A DNA stretch of 64,000 nucleotides. It comes from Laetmonice hystrix. Lineage: Eukaryota. A model generated the notes under the pieces. It did no database searches. It was not told the DNA's origin and worked only from the letters and a program-made list of their open reading frames with translations. The number at the start of each line of letters is the position of its first letter. Within the stretch, counting starts at the first letter, position 1. Positions 25,396 through 38,842 of the stretch are shown here, one piece after another. Location of the stretch: contig OZ249451.1 of assembly GCA_965235115.1 (NCBI GenBank), positions 7,626,001-7,690,000 on the forward strand. The letters run 5' to 3'. The position numbers and the translations under genes were made by a program.

Positions 25396-26724
25396 CCTCA
25401 GATTGTAACCACAAGTCCTCTCCGGGCCCTATGTGGTAAACGACATCTAGTTTCATGTCTGTCCTTGCTCTGAAAATATGCTGCACACGACCTGGAATTG
25501 GACCAATTATATCGCATTACACAAGTCTGCAGCCTTTATTTTGCTTTATGACGTCATAGTACGCGAAATTCACATGGCTGCTGCAGTCCACTCCACTTGC
25601 TGCCGTGACGGCGAGAGGAGCCAAAGATAGTCCCTACAGTGGAAGCCTACCAGTGTAAGGAGTGGTTTTTAGGGGGCATCGCGAAAAGCAGCGATGCCAG
25701 TCGACACTCTCCCTCATTCATTCAATCAATCCGTAGCACGCGGACGGGGGCCAAGCGGCAATGCACTGCCTGTTACAAAAAAAAAAAAAAAAAGGGGGGG
25801 GGGGGCGTTGCAGATAGACCATCATCCGGATCCAACTAGGCCGGGGACTAGGCTAGGGGGCTCCAGCCCCCCCCCCCCCCCCCCATCTTGACAATATTAT
25901 TCCTATACCTTCTTTTATCATCCAATTATGAATTGATAGGTATAATAGTAATATGCCTAGACTAGAGCCACGTAGAGGCATATGGTTTAATACTATAATA
26001 TTAATAGGCCTAAGCCTAGGCCTAAGGCTAAGGTAAGGTCTATTTGGAAAAATAAGTTGGTTCAGTGAAAACTGTTTAAAATGTGGTTTATTATAGCTGG
26101 GCTATATGGACTCTTCGTCTGCTTATTTCTAAAGATAACCCTTAATTTTCATTTGTGAGATCAATCTTTTACAATTCATTTCCATGGCCCTAATTAAAAG
26201 TAAAAAGGGAAATCATTCATATGCCTTCAATTTATTTACTTTCACATGATGATGTGTGCTGAACACATGCTGCCTATTCTATTAGACATAGCCATAGCCT
26301 AGGCCCTATAATGTTCTTCCAGATGCTGTGTGGCTAGGCTATTGGCCTAGGCTAGATATAGGCATACGCCCATTTTAGTACGTCATCCCTGTCCTGCCTC
26401 GCCGTCATCATCCTCGAGCCTAGTCTGTATTAAGTGTACATTATTTTATAGGCCCCATCTCCAGTCCAGGTAATCGGCTGCCGGCGGCAGTGCTGACGAC
26501 CGCTCTGAAGGCGCCCTCTGGCGTAAACAAAAATATCAGGGCACCTGTCCATCATCATAAGTGGGCTCTACAGTAATGTCGTAAAAATAATTATGTAAAA
26601 TATTTCTGACCTTTATAAATTAGAAAGGACATGCCGTAATGTTTTTTTCATAGATTACAAATAATGATTGATTTCGACAATGATTATTAGGTTGACGACA
26701 ATCGCAAAACTCAGAAGTGACAAA
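25396..26724. promoter_or_regulatory. Head-to-head promoter region shared by FBXL20 and SNX4
   Basis: Start codons are 1.33 kb apart on opposite strands; CpG-enriched; CRE palindrome TGACGTCA at 25549-25556; CTCF-like gcgccctctgg at ~26511. Confidence 0.6.
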
Positions 26725-29700
26725 ATGGCGGACGAAGTAAGTCGTACGGATTCTGAATCTTCTCAGGAGAAGGGAACCGACAAGGACGATGTTAAACCGC
26801 TTCCGAAAAAGGTATCTTCATTGCCACGAATGATCTATGATGCTGTTTTAGGGATATCGCTGAAACAAGAATGGTAAAAACTGCACCCTCGGGTGTCGAG
26901 ATGCAAGCTCAGGGCAGCTTGTAAACAGTCGCACACACGACCATGTCAGTGACGAGGGGTAGTCAACCGGCGGGCGGGGTATACCGCATTACCGGTGTCG
27001 CGGTCTCAGATAGCCACGGTCTTAGGCCTAGATCTCTGGGGGGGGGGGGGGGGGGGGGGGGTTAGCTGCGTAGCCATATGTTCCAGTCGAACTATCCGAA
27101 ATCCCAGGTCTCGGACTCAGTTGAGACTTGAGTCACACACGTAATAAGGGGCGGACCATTGATTCTCGTTTCCGATAATCCGGGCATTTCTAGATGGCAA
27201 CAAAAGCCTAGCAACGCAACGGAACTAAATATAGGTGTTACTGGCTTGGGTTTGGTCATCACACTGTCCTATAATTAAACTGTCACGGGGGGCAATGCTT
27301 CTTGATACCCTTGTTTTCACCGGTCGTCAGGCTACTCAGGACCAGAAGAACTGACCTCGAAAACGAGAATTGCATTTGATTATGGCCTTTGTTTGCTATG
27401 GTTTTTCAATGTGCAAACTTTTTTTTTTTGCGCCTGGGCCGAAGGTATCTTTTTTTCTGCTAGGACCATTAATCAGACTATTCCCCCCCCCCCCATTTCT
27501 ACTTGTTTATTCTTATTTGTAAGAAAACTCCATGGCCTATCAGGTAGCAAACGACCGGAGGTGTAGTCTGATTCAGCATCTAACGCTGAATAGGAGACCA
27601 TGCTCCCAGAGATGTGAGACTGGCGGAGATGACGAGTGTGCGACACCGGTGTAAGATCAGTACCAATCACATGACATGATAGTCGCCACCAACAAGGATA
27701 GCTGTGAGATACAAACTTAGGAAATATTTGTTAATCTTTGATGAGTGACAAATAGAATATTTTTTGTATTTTGTTATTTCTCCAGGGCCACCTCCTCCAG
27801 TGGATGGAGATCTGTGTCTCAGAGCCAGAGAAGAGAACTGGAGGCTCCTCCATGAAGATGCAGGACACCTATGTTGTTTATTTGGTGGAATCCAAGTGGG
27901 TATAGAGCCTAAAATACTTGGCTATTTAAGGGTTTCTCAATTTAAAGAAAACAGAAATATAGGCTGTATGATGATGCAAAATTCAGATTTCAAACTTCAA
28001 GTTTGGGGAATAATAAATATTGCTTCTCGGGATGAACCTTTCAGGGTTGCAGAGCTCTGTCATTTTGTATTATTAGAAAATGGTGATCAATAAACAAATT
28101 TATTTATCATGGAGATTTGCCAAGAAAAAATGGTAAATATTTGAAAGCCTCATTGATTACTTAAATGTTTTTTTAATTTAAAAATGAAATAATTCATAAA
28201 TGTAACAACCAACTTGATGAAGTGTGTTGCTCTTTTATAGCATGTAGAGAGAGAAGTTTATTATTAAATGAACAGAAAGTGGAAAAAATAGGTGTTTGGC
28301 CTTTTGCTACAAGTTAAAGTTTATTTCCTTTATGCAGAGTTACTGATCCTGGGATGCCTGGATATGCAGCCGCTCCTACTTCTCTATGGCGACGTTACAG
28401 TGAATTTGAACTCCTGAAAAACTACTTGGAGATTACATATCCTGGAATTGTAGTACCACCACTTCCAGAGAAACGAGTGAGTAGGATTTAAAAAAAGGTA
28501 TATGTACCATAATTTTTAAATGCTGGTGCATTTCTTAACATTCACTGTTCTCTTGATTATTATGGTGAGTATTGGTGAGATGGTGTCATCTTTTATGTTT
28601 TGTTGTTCTTTGGATTCCACTGTTTTGTGTTAGTGAGACTTTCTGTATCTAATTGTAAATATTCTGTGTGTAGAAGGCACATGCCAAGTGAATACTGGCA
28701 TTGTGAATGAAACCTATAACTGGGATTTTGAAACAATGGCTTTATGAAGGTGCATTGGTAGTAATATGTGTATTTTAAAATATGTTTCTCTCTTAAAGGG
28801 GTTCTTTGTAAGTGTATTTTTCCTTTGACTTTATAAGAATTAAGATGTGACTATAGTCCCGACTCCAAACAATTGACCTATGCTTTAGACCTGACCAGTG
28901 ATTGATCCGTTTCTGATTTACAAACCGTATTACTAGCCCAGAGATCCAAGTAATGATTTATTTGTTTAATTTTACCTACCCTACACACTATTCACCTTGC
29001 TTTGAACCAGTTTAAAGCTATCTTCTAGTTCACAAGATAAATTCAAGCAGACGCATAGCAGCTCAACTGCAACAAGTGCTAAACAGGTTACCCATGAGCC
29101 AGGGATTGCCACATGGTTTGGCATTTCACATTTGTCTTGAGATATCAGCTTAGGTAGTGAAGAGGTAAAGAGAAAAAGAAGGGGCAGACTTTAGTTAAAT
29201 CAGTTGAAGTTTACTTCAATCTATATGTTGTGACTCGATTATAAGTCTTCATCAGAGTTGATTTTATCTTTTAAAATAGAAGCCCTATTCCCTATTTATA
29301 AGTGCACTGTTGTTGCTAAGGTGCCAGTACCTACCATAGATTTCCATAACAAATACTGTACAATAAAAAAGATCAAGTTGAATGATATTTCCAAGACCAC
29401 CATCTTTTCCCTGATATAGATCTGGCTGGTCTAACGAACCCTGGTCCACATATATATAGATATTCCTGTCAAATAATAGAGTTGGCCTGGGGAAGGGGGT
29501 CGCTTCCTGGGGTGTCCACTGTACATAAATGTTTCCTTTTTATTATCTTACCTTAAGGATATTAAAACTAAACCCAAGTAGTCATCAAGAAAGACTATTC
29601 AATGGTGATGATGTACAAATGTAGAGAATGTAATTATTTAGACCTGTTGCATGATACAAGTAAACATTTCCTAGGTGATCTGCACAGCTATTCTGGTGTG

Positions 29701-32700
29701 TTGAAGTTTGCCTTGGATTTTCGTGAAAAGGAAGTCAAGATTCCAGTGGGTTATAGTTAGATTCTGACTTAAGTTAGCACTGAAGATTCTTGGTTTGAAA
29801 AATTCACTATTCAGAGACATCATCTTTAATTTCTAAAGCTGACAGTATCCTAGATATCACATTAATCAATCATTTGAATCTTACAGGTAACCCATGCTTG
29901 GCAGAAACTTCCAACGGACAGGTTTGATGCCGAGTTCATAGAACGTCGCAGAGTAGGATTGGAGGTTTGTGTTCAATAGCGGCAGTCTGCCTTAGGGTTC
30001 AACTCAAAATTAAATAATGCCAAAAAAAAGATTGAAAGATGCTTCAACCTCCTGCCCCTATCAAAAGACTTAAAACATAAAGATTGGCATCATGATTAGC
30101 AAAACTAAAGAAGAAGTGGGGAACTCTGCACGTAGTCCTGATTTCAGAAGGTTACCCGGCATGATATACCGCAGTGTTTTTTTTTCAGGCTGTTTTCACA
30201 GTAATTGTCATTTGTTTTAAATCATGTCATTATGCAAATCTTTCTGACATCTAAGGTGTGGACTTATGTATTTATATAATCCTAATTTTAATTATCTTGA
30301 CACTTTTGGGGGCTTTTTTGGCCCATATTTTGACCTTCATTGTATACAGATGGAAATGTCAGATAAGAACTGCACCCTCACATTTAGTTTTACTCAAAAG
30401 TCAAGTGATTAGTCGTATGTTCTCAGAATGATTTAACACATTTGGCTTTGTTGAATGTCTTCATTTAAGAACTTTCTCCTGCGTGTCGCATCTCACACCG
30501 TCTTGTCAAAAGACAAAATCTTCCATGGTTTCCTGAAGCAAGAAGATGGTTGGAAGGAGACAGTATACAACACTGATTTCCAAAACAAGGTATAATATAT
30601 TATTTCATTCAAGTGAATTTTATGGTTTGGGTGCAGTAATTTGAATGGGTACAATGAATTCTAAAATTTACAGAATCTGGGTACTGTAATCCACCTAATA
30701 ATGTTTTTTCCTTTCAGGCCGACTCCAAGCTGAAGGCCCTGAGTGCTTCATACCGACTCAAAAAACCAGATCGTCGCTTTGAAGAGATGAAAAACTACAG
30801 CAATGAATTACAAACTAACATCACAAACCTTCTTAAGACTCGAGCCGTAAGTCTTTTATCATGAAGCCTCAGCTTGTTAATGGGAAAAAAGTAGCTCTTT
30901 AAATTTAGCCAAAAAGCAAACGCCTCTTTAAAGAGAAAAACTGGAGAATACATTTTATGAAATGCAAAACAATTAAGGAAATTGATGCTGATGATGGTGT
31001 ATGGCTGGTTGCAGAGACTTTCAGACCGACTCTACGGGATTCACAAGGTTCATTCCAACTATGCTCGGGTATTCAATGAGTGGAGTGGTATAGAGAAGGA
31101 AATGTCCGATGGCTTGAAAAGCGGAGGCCACTATATGGATGTGTAAGTTTCTTTAAAGCATTCTGAAACTTGGTTTTATGGACTGATCCTTTACTGACTC
31201 TCTGAAAGGTTAAACCTGGGGTCTCAATGGACTTTTTGAATCACTGGTGAACATTGAAATTGTAAGTGTAGCTTGATGTGTTAACAGTGGAGTTGTGTGT
31301 TCATTCAGCTTCGGTTCCTCGGTGGATGGAATCTTGGAAGATGAAGAAACATTTGCTGACCAACTCAAAGAATATTATTCTTTTAGCGATTCCCTTCGGT
31401 AAGTTAGCCTCAGTAGCTATAGTGCTATCCCATCAGGACTTTCCTGATATGATCATAAGATATGATTTTTATTATGTCTTGCAAATAGTTTTTGAAAACT
31501 ATATAAACATGAACTATGTGTCAAAAATAAACTATAAACACATATATGTCAAATAAACACATGAACTATGTGTCAAAAATAAACTATGTGTCCAATAAAC
31601 ACATGAACTACATGTCAAAAATAAATTATGTGTCAAATAAACACAAATTATGTGTCAAATAAACACATGAACTATGTGGCAATAAACTATGTGGCAAAAA
31701 TAAACTTTTTGCCTTGAACAGATGAGATGTTGGATAATTATCTTGTATAGGAGATTTATGGATGACTGTGTGGAACTGTTTAATTCAAAGGGGCACTATC
31801 ATTGAAAAACTTGGAAAGCATTAGAAAGGACAATATACTGCCGCTATTGACCCGTTGACAAGATGATTACCCATTCGACGTGGCAAAAATGAAATGTTAT
31901 TATTCATCATATTTAAGAATTCTTATTATTGTCCCGTGGCCCAAATGTCCTACCTCTGTGACAATGTAAGACAAAGGGAGCCAGTGAGGACATTCAACAG
32001 AAACACTATGACAACTGACTAGGAATTCACTTTAAAGACAGATGTGCTGCTATCAATAGATTATTTGTTGGTCAGGTCGGTGTGTCGGAAACAGGAGCTG
32101 CTACAGCTGGACCTAGAGAAGGCTGAGGAGAGTCTGATTTACAAGGAACAACAGCGGGATGCTCTGGTAGGAACAGGCTTACTGATATATGGCACATTCC
32201 CTCGATAATGAAGGAAAAGGGCAAGATATTATAACAGTTAAAGATGAAGAAAATACGAAGTCAATCATATATATTGGCCTAAAATCAATCTTAAAAATGG
32301 CTCTAAATCAATTGCAGAACAACTTTGAATTTATTTAGCAGGAAAAGAGTGTCTGGCAAATCTATATCCCATGCCGAATATGAATATGTAAGCATTTTCA
32401 GTACATGGCAAAACACAATTAACAAGGTAGTAAAAAAAGGTGGTACTGGACAGTGACTTGAAGTAGGAACCAGTCTAGATAAGGATAGAGTTTTCCAGTT
32501 TGGGGGTCTCCTTATTAGTATTCTCGGAAAAAATAAGTTAATACAGTAACTGAGGCAAGGTAAGCTAAGAAGTTGTTACTCTTTCATTGCGACCTAATGC
32601 TGAGCCAGCAGGTAAGCTCTGCATGGTTTGTCTGTGCATGTGTAGTAGCTGCGGCCTGATGGGAATGACATCGTATGTCTCTGTCCGAGCCATTCCCCTC

Positions 32701-34332
32701 ATGTTGTGACCCATTTTCAGGTTATGTATTCAGTAACATGGCAATGACAGCTTCAACAGGCTGTCGTGTGCGCCTCTGTTGTGTTTCAATAGCCGAATAA
32801 CCAGACCACAAATATATTTGGCCATGTGAGTTGCTGGTAGCTATGAGGATCGCTAGGAAATATGGCTACTGCATGATTGTTTAGCTATTAGTATTGATTC
32901 TGAAGAGTGAGGCCCCCTCTGCAGGGATGTAAGCAGTAAAAGATTTGACGTTTCTTGGGGCACTTGTTGGGGGAGTGATGAGGACTGGCTATGTTTTGAG
33001 TCAGTCAGCCAAAGACTTCTCATCATTACCTGACTTGGTTTTGACTTGAAGGCAGAGTCAGAGTGTCAGGTCTTTGTAACCTGTTTGGTAATACTTGATT
33101 AGACTATCTTGTCTTTTGTAAATGTTTTACTTTACGATGGATTTATAAGATAACCAGATCCTTATAATCAACTTTGCTTGAATGTAGCTAGACCAGGTTG
33201 ACCGGTCATTGTAACCTGTTTGGCTTGAATGTATCTTGACCAGGCTGTTTACAGCTGAACAGCTTGACCAGATTTCCTGTCCTTGTAACCTGTTTAGTTT
33301 GAGTGTATCTTGACACAATGTATAAAGCAAGCTTCCTGGCATCAGATCTATTTTTATATCCCCATCTTTGTTCTGTGGTGATTCTGTTTTAGGGTTTATT
33401 ATATTCTCTTTTTTCATCATTTTTAAGGTGGTTCTTCTAATGTTATATTCCTATTATGTACCAAGTGACTTGAGTTTCACATGTTCTTGTATTGAGAAAC
33501 TTTGACCATCTTCTGTACAAAGCTTCCACAACAGCGGAGCTCATCTGTGGCAAGTCCTGAGACAAAACTGATGTTTGTAACAAGCAGAAAATCCTTTCTG
33601 GGTTTTAAAGTCTGGGTGGAAGCTCTGTCGGAAGAATAGTTATGTTTTATGTCAAATAATTATATTCGAGTCATCTATAATATAACAGTATACTTTTATA
33701 AATGACGTCCGAGTGGTATTAATGCCTCTACATAATTTGTGACACTGCAGGCAGCAGGCAAGACAGGAGGCTTCTCCCTGAGCGGTATGAAGACAAAGCT
33801 GTTTGGAGGCGACACACCAGAGCAGCGAGAACAAAAACTGAAAGTACTTGAGGAACAGATCCAGGAGGCAGAGCAGCAGAACAAACAGGCAGAAGAGGAG
33901 TTAGGGTCAGTACCCACCCATGTTCTTAATGAGTATAGAGAGTTGTAGAGAGTGGTATGTTGAGTCCAGGGTAAATGGTTGAGTCTACCTTTCTGTTGCA
34001 TTTCAGTGCGTTCTCAGAAGTGGCTTTGAGAGACATTGACCGGTTCAAACGTCAGAAAACGAAGGATCTCAAGGAGGTCTTCATGAATTATTCTGTTATG
34101 GAGATCGACCGCTGTAGAAAAGTTAGTTTCTATCATGTGTCATCACATCAATTTAGGTTGGCTTGGAAATGTAACAAAACATTTTTGGTAAATCCCTAAA
34201 TGGATGGTCAGATTTGATTAACTTATGTTTCCATAGAAAATCAATGAGCACAGGTTAGTGATGTTGTTTAATTTTTGGTTTCAGAGCATTGAGTGTTGGC
34301 AGAAGATGAGAGACTGCTTCATGAAGATGTAG
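26725..34332 (+). CDS. SNX4: Sorting nexin-4 (PX-BAR), 429 aa, 12 coding exons
   Basis: Exons 26725-26811, 27786-27895, 28338-28476, 29887-29964, 30470-30589, 30718-30846, 31015-31142, 31309-31398, 32076-32166, 33751-33905, 34007-34121, 34285-34332; phases consistent. PX motifs SLWRRYSEFELL, VVPPLPEKR, FIERRRVGLENFLLRVASH; BAR region KLFGGDTPEQRE and DIDRFKRQK match SNX4. Confidence 0.97.
31497..31956 (-). mobile_element. Partial reverse-orientation copy of the foldback/minisatellite family (array plus left-arm homologue)
   Basis: aactatgtgtcaaaaataa array at 31497-31705; 31885-31956 is the reverse complement of ~15135-15205. Confidence 0.75.
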
Positions 34333-35263
34333 GGTAGTACCAGTTCATAGAAGAAACATTAAGGACAGCCTTTGCAATTTATTGGTAAAGCATGAGATTT
34401 ATAAACAAATGACGAAAACAAGAATAGTTGCCTTGGCAACTGGTTGTACATGATATCTTTGCGGTCTTGGTTACTTATGGATCTATAAATGCAGGTTTTG
34501 TAGGTCACAGAAGTGGAGGAAGAAAATGGTATAGATATGTAAAAAGAACCCAGATTACTATAGAAAATGCTCTTAGTTTTACTGCATGGTCTCGGTAATT
34601 GGCCTGTAACGTTTCTGTTAAATATATAAATATACCGTAAATGGGGTGTGCAATATGAAAAACTGAGGTAGGGCTACAATCAGTTACAGGTGACCATCTA
34701 GAGATGTTATCGCGATGTGACTTTCCTTGACTAGACTTGTTGATGTGACAACAAATGAAGTTGTATAACTTCATTTGCCTTGATTATTCAAGTTTCAAGT
34801 ACGGCGCACTCAGACAGTCACTTTGGCTGTAGGCAATAGGTTGTGTCTCACCAGTGCTGTTTTACTATCAGATATGGGACAAGTGGGGCCCCAGGAGCCC
34901 CCCCCCCCCCCCCCCAGTAAGCAAGTAATGTTAGCAAAATTCACATTACAAAGTGAATTGTTTTCTTTTTAAGTCAACAGTGATGAATCTAGTCAGTAGA
35001 CAATCAACTGGTATGAGCAACTCGTAAATCCTCAGATAAGCTTAATGAAATAAACAAAATGCTAAGACCTCATCAGTATTGAGAAAAATGTTTCTTTCTG
35101 TTAACTAAAACAGGATTTTTATGGAAGTCGGAAAAAAGGTACACTTTTGAACACTGGCCGACAGCAGGGATAAAAATACATATTTCTAGAAGTTACATTC
35201 CTCCAAATATATCTGTGTGTTGTATCGATTTCTGTATACTGTCATGTGATTCACTGTAATTTA

Positions 35264-35269
35264 AATAAA
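35264..35269 (+). terminator. Candidate SNX4 polyadenylation signal
   Basis: AATAAA ~930 bp after the stop, followed by T/GT-rich sequence. Confidence 0.5.
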
Positions 35270-35400
35270 TGTTGAATATTGAGACTTTATTCAAATTGTT
35301 TTCTCCCAACATTAATCGATTTCCCACTCCATAACATTATTGCATCTCAACCATTTTTCCCAATTTTATTTAGATTTAAATGGTAGCCTGGCAATGCTGG

Positions 35401-36592
35401 TGCAGGGACATTTGGGCCACAGGGGTCTACTGCAGTGGGCGTTTGGGCCATGAAACATAATTGTGTTTTTAATGTCCTTGTGCCAATATTTTGTTGTTTG
35501 CCCATTGTTAGTGTTCCTTTGTTTATAGATTTTTACCGACCCTCTGGGCTATTCCAGTCCTCTGCCATATGGAAAATATATGAACACAGCAAGCACAAGT
35601 CCCAGCTCCCTGCAGGCCTCCAAACCGCCCTCAGTTCCTTCCAAACTCTCAAATAAACTCAAAAAAAGCTATGTGTCGAATAAACACATGAACTATGTGT
35701 CAAAAAATAAACTATGTGTCAAATAAACACTTAAGCTATGTGTCAAAAATAAACTAAACACGTAAAATAAACACATGAACTATGTGTCAAAAATAAACTA
35801 TGTGTCAAATAAACACTTAAACCTACAGGAAAAGCTCAAACTATCAATATAAGGGTGTTCAGCACGAACAAGCTTGTTCCTACCTACAATCCTGTGATGG
35901 TCTGATCTTTAATACAGGAATAATCAACTGAAATGTAGCTAGGCATTCTCCCACTGGCTTCGTCTGCCCTACTTGTCCACGAATTGTTATGCGGTCGCCA
36001 GGCGGAACGAACCACGCAGATTCCCAGCCAGGGTGCCGCTATTCACATCCCACTGCGATTCCACTTTTACCAGAAACATGCTCATGATAGCGACAGATTC
36101 ATTGAGGATTTCAGAGAGGGTTGCAAACGATAGCCGCACACAAACTCTGTATTTGTTAACATGCCCCAGTAAGGGTGTGAAGAGAGAGAAAAAGGTGTCT
36201 GCTGTCACCGGTAAGAGTACACAGTCAGTAGTGCAGTCGTAGTGAGTGAGTCTCCGATGAAGCCATTGGCGGCGTAACGAGTGTGAAAATAGCGAATGAC
36301 CTATACAGTATTTTTAAAAGTCACCTTAGACAGTGTTCCACTTATCGGCGCGACCTTAGACACTTCACATGGTGTTACTGGTGTTCAAAGGTACGTTGGT
36401 GAGGAACTTTGCCTGCCTCTTTAAGCTATGTGTCAAAAATAAATTATGAAACAAACACTTAAGCTATGCATCAAAAATAAACTATAAACATGTGTCAAAT
36501 AAACACATGAACTATGTGTCAACTGTCAGATAAACACATGAACTACATGTCAAAAATAAACTGTGTCAAGTAAACACGAACTATGTGGCAAT
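35401..36592 (-). mobile_element. Reverse-orientation copy of the foldback/minisatellite family with two arrays enclosing ~600 bp of unique sequence
   Basis: 35403-35523 is the reverse complement of the right arm at ~15836-15950; arrays at 35668-35820 and 36421-36592 (alternating 18 and 24 bp units). Confidence 0.75.
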
Positions 36593-36648
36593 ACATGTAA
36601 TGGACAGGCATGATGATATACAAAAACAATATTTTATATTCAAATTTT

Positions 36649-36654
36649 TTTATT
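36649..36654 (-). terminator. Candidate ATPSCKMT polyadenylation signal
   Basis: TTTATT on + (AATAAA on -), ~55 bp after the stop codon. Confidence 0.5.
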
Positions 36655-36707
36655 AGCATCCATGAAAAAACATGATTGTTTTATCTATATAATAAACAAT
36701 TTATCTG

Positions 36708-38272
36708 CTATCTGGGAGTAGCCGTTGTGAGACTGTCGGCAGTGTATAACCACACTGTGTCTATGCCCTCTCCCACACTACACTTTGGGACTGCTCCGGG
36801 CAGGGGAAACCGACATGCTATCACTTGGCCTTTAGAATTCAGCTCTGATGAAAGCTTCCCTTCGAGCTGAATCATCTGAAATCATACAAATTATGCAATT
36901 AGGCCATGCTAATTTTATTATGACTGGCGATTAACTGTGATTGGTCATAAATCCAACATTTTTATAGGAAAGCATCGGGTTGGAACCATCACAGATCTGG
37001 CTGACCCATGCCAACCATAACGATTTCTCTTTATTTTTGGCTGATCAGAACGATTGTTGATCTTGTCAAGGATCTCTAGTCAGTGGCAAGATGGCAAGGC
37101 CAACAGAATCCCGACCTAAGAATTTGGGAAATTCATAAAATGAAGGAAGGTATCATAACTTTTACTTTCAGAAATTTGATGGCCTTTATGTAGCGTTCTG
37201 TTAATTAAAGTTCTTACTTACCATTTGTTCCACTCCAAATATCACAACGTTATCGTAGGCAGAAAGGTCCATCTGTGGAGTAATCGATTATAATTAATAA
37301 CCCACAAAAAGATCTTTGCATCTTTTTCATACTGTCATAACCCTTAACTGATTTAACAAAATGTAAAGGAATTTGAAACTTTAACCACGGGGCAACCATA
37401 TAATAATTACGGTACTAAAATATACTGAATTCTTTATTTAATATACAAACAAATAGATACCTTCCAGAGATCCCTGGTGTAAAAGTTTGTCAATGAAGAA
37501 ACCCCATTACGAAATGCTGAGAAACGTGAATACCACACAAGCCACGGATTTAACTCTATACCAGTCGCACTAAAGCCAGCACGTGCAGCCTCGATTACCT
37601 GCTAAACAAAGGATGCTTACTGATCTGGTAAAATACAAATTCACATTATAATAACCCTGCTTTTTGGTTCCTCATAAAATATGTCACCTAAAATATTTAC
37701 AAAATTTCACAGCATAAAACTAAATGACAGCTAAAATTAAAATGCTGCCTATAATGGTTGTGGGGCACAAAATTTCTATAAAAGAAAATACAAATTTAAG
37801 GTACAAGAATACAATTAAGGCATATCAATTCATTATATCTTTAAAATGAATACATCTATGGTACCGTACTGAATGTTTAATAAACTTATTGATCATTCAG
37901 AAACTCAAAATCTATAAGTGTTGGGATTGTGATATATTGGGACCAAAAAAAGACTTCAAACATGTTCCTTCTTTATCAGAAGATTATGTGAAATATCTCA
38001 CTCACTATCCGTCCATCTCCGCTACCAAGATCTACGAGTGTACCAGCTCTACCTCGTAACAACTTTAAGACATTGTTGACTTGTGTTGTCGTGGCAGGAA
38101 CATAGGGCAAACAGACCTTCCTCAGGGCTGGCAGTAAGAAGGGCGTGGACACTGCAAACACAGTTACAAACGCTGCCCCTGAGATTCCGAGTAACACTTT
38201 ACCAGTCTGGGTTAACTTTGGCCGTGTTTTATCTGTTGAGTTTTCTGTGGCTGCTGCTGTCAACACGTCCAT
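36708..38272 (-). CDS. ATPSCKMT: ATP synthase c-subunit lysine N-methyltransferase (FAM173B/FAM173A family), 207 aa, 4 exons
   Basis: Exons 38006-38272, 37461-37598, 37222-37272, 36708-36875 (all phase 0, GT-AG). Motifs [17 protein letters not shown] motif [47 protein letters not shown] are diagnostic of FAM173. Confidence 0.95.
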
Positions 38273-38842
38273 GGCTATGACCTATGTCCCTGCATTAGAC
38301 TGATGAGAAAAAGCATGTTCTTAGACACGTTACATGATAGCCAGATAGGAACTTCAAGTTTGAACAACAGTCCTTCCCGTGGCAGCTGTCTCAACTCATG
38401 TTTAGATGACAGTGCTGCCACCTTTTGACTGCCATGAATAAGGCGCCATCTAGTGATTTAATCCGAAATTTTCGAAGACTCCTTCAAGCAGTCCCTTCAA
38501 GTGAGGAAGGTGTTTTCCTTGTGGCATGTCATGGTAACTCCAAATATCCCGGTGCAGTCTGTAGGAGGTTGTCGAGTGAAGTTTGAGTATTACTGTCACG
38601 AGAGACTAGCGTGAATGAAATCAACAGTCATGTAAGTTGAAGCCGAGAATTTCATTCGCAACTGGACTGTTTTGAGTTGGTTGTGGGCGATAATAGAAGA
38701 AATGCAGAAAACCATGTTACACCTGTCAAATCAATAATATGATGTAGGTGCTACCTAGAGGGCGAGCGCCGCGACGGGAGGCCTACACTATAATACTATA
38801 ACAATATACAATGTCAGGACTGGTCACTTAGCAGCACGTCGG

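Noticed and set aside
33076-33315. Degenerate ttgtaacctgttt repeat in SNX4 intron 9
   Set aside because: Three loose copies of an ordinary decayed minisatellite, with no further structure.
31497-36592. Regular short repeat arrays resembling CRISPR
   Set aside because: Units are directly adjacent with no unique spacers, no cas genes are present, and the context is eukaryotic introns and intergenic DNA.
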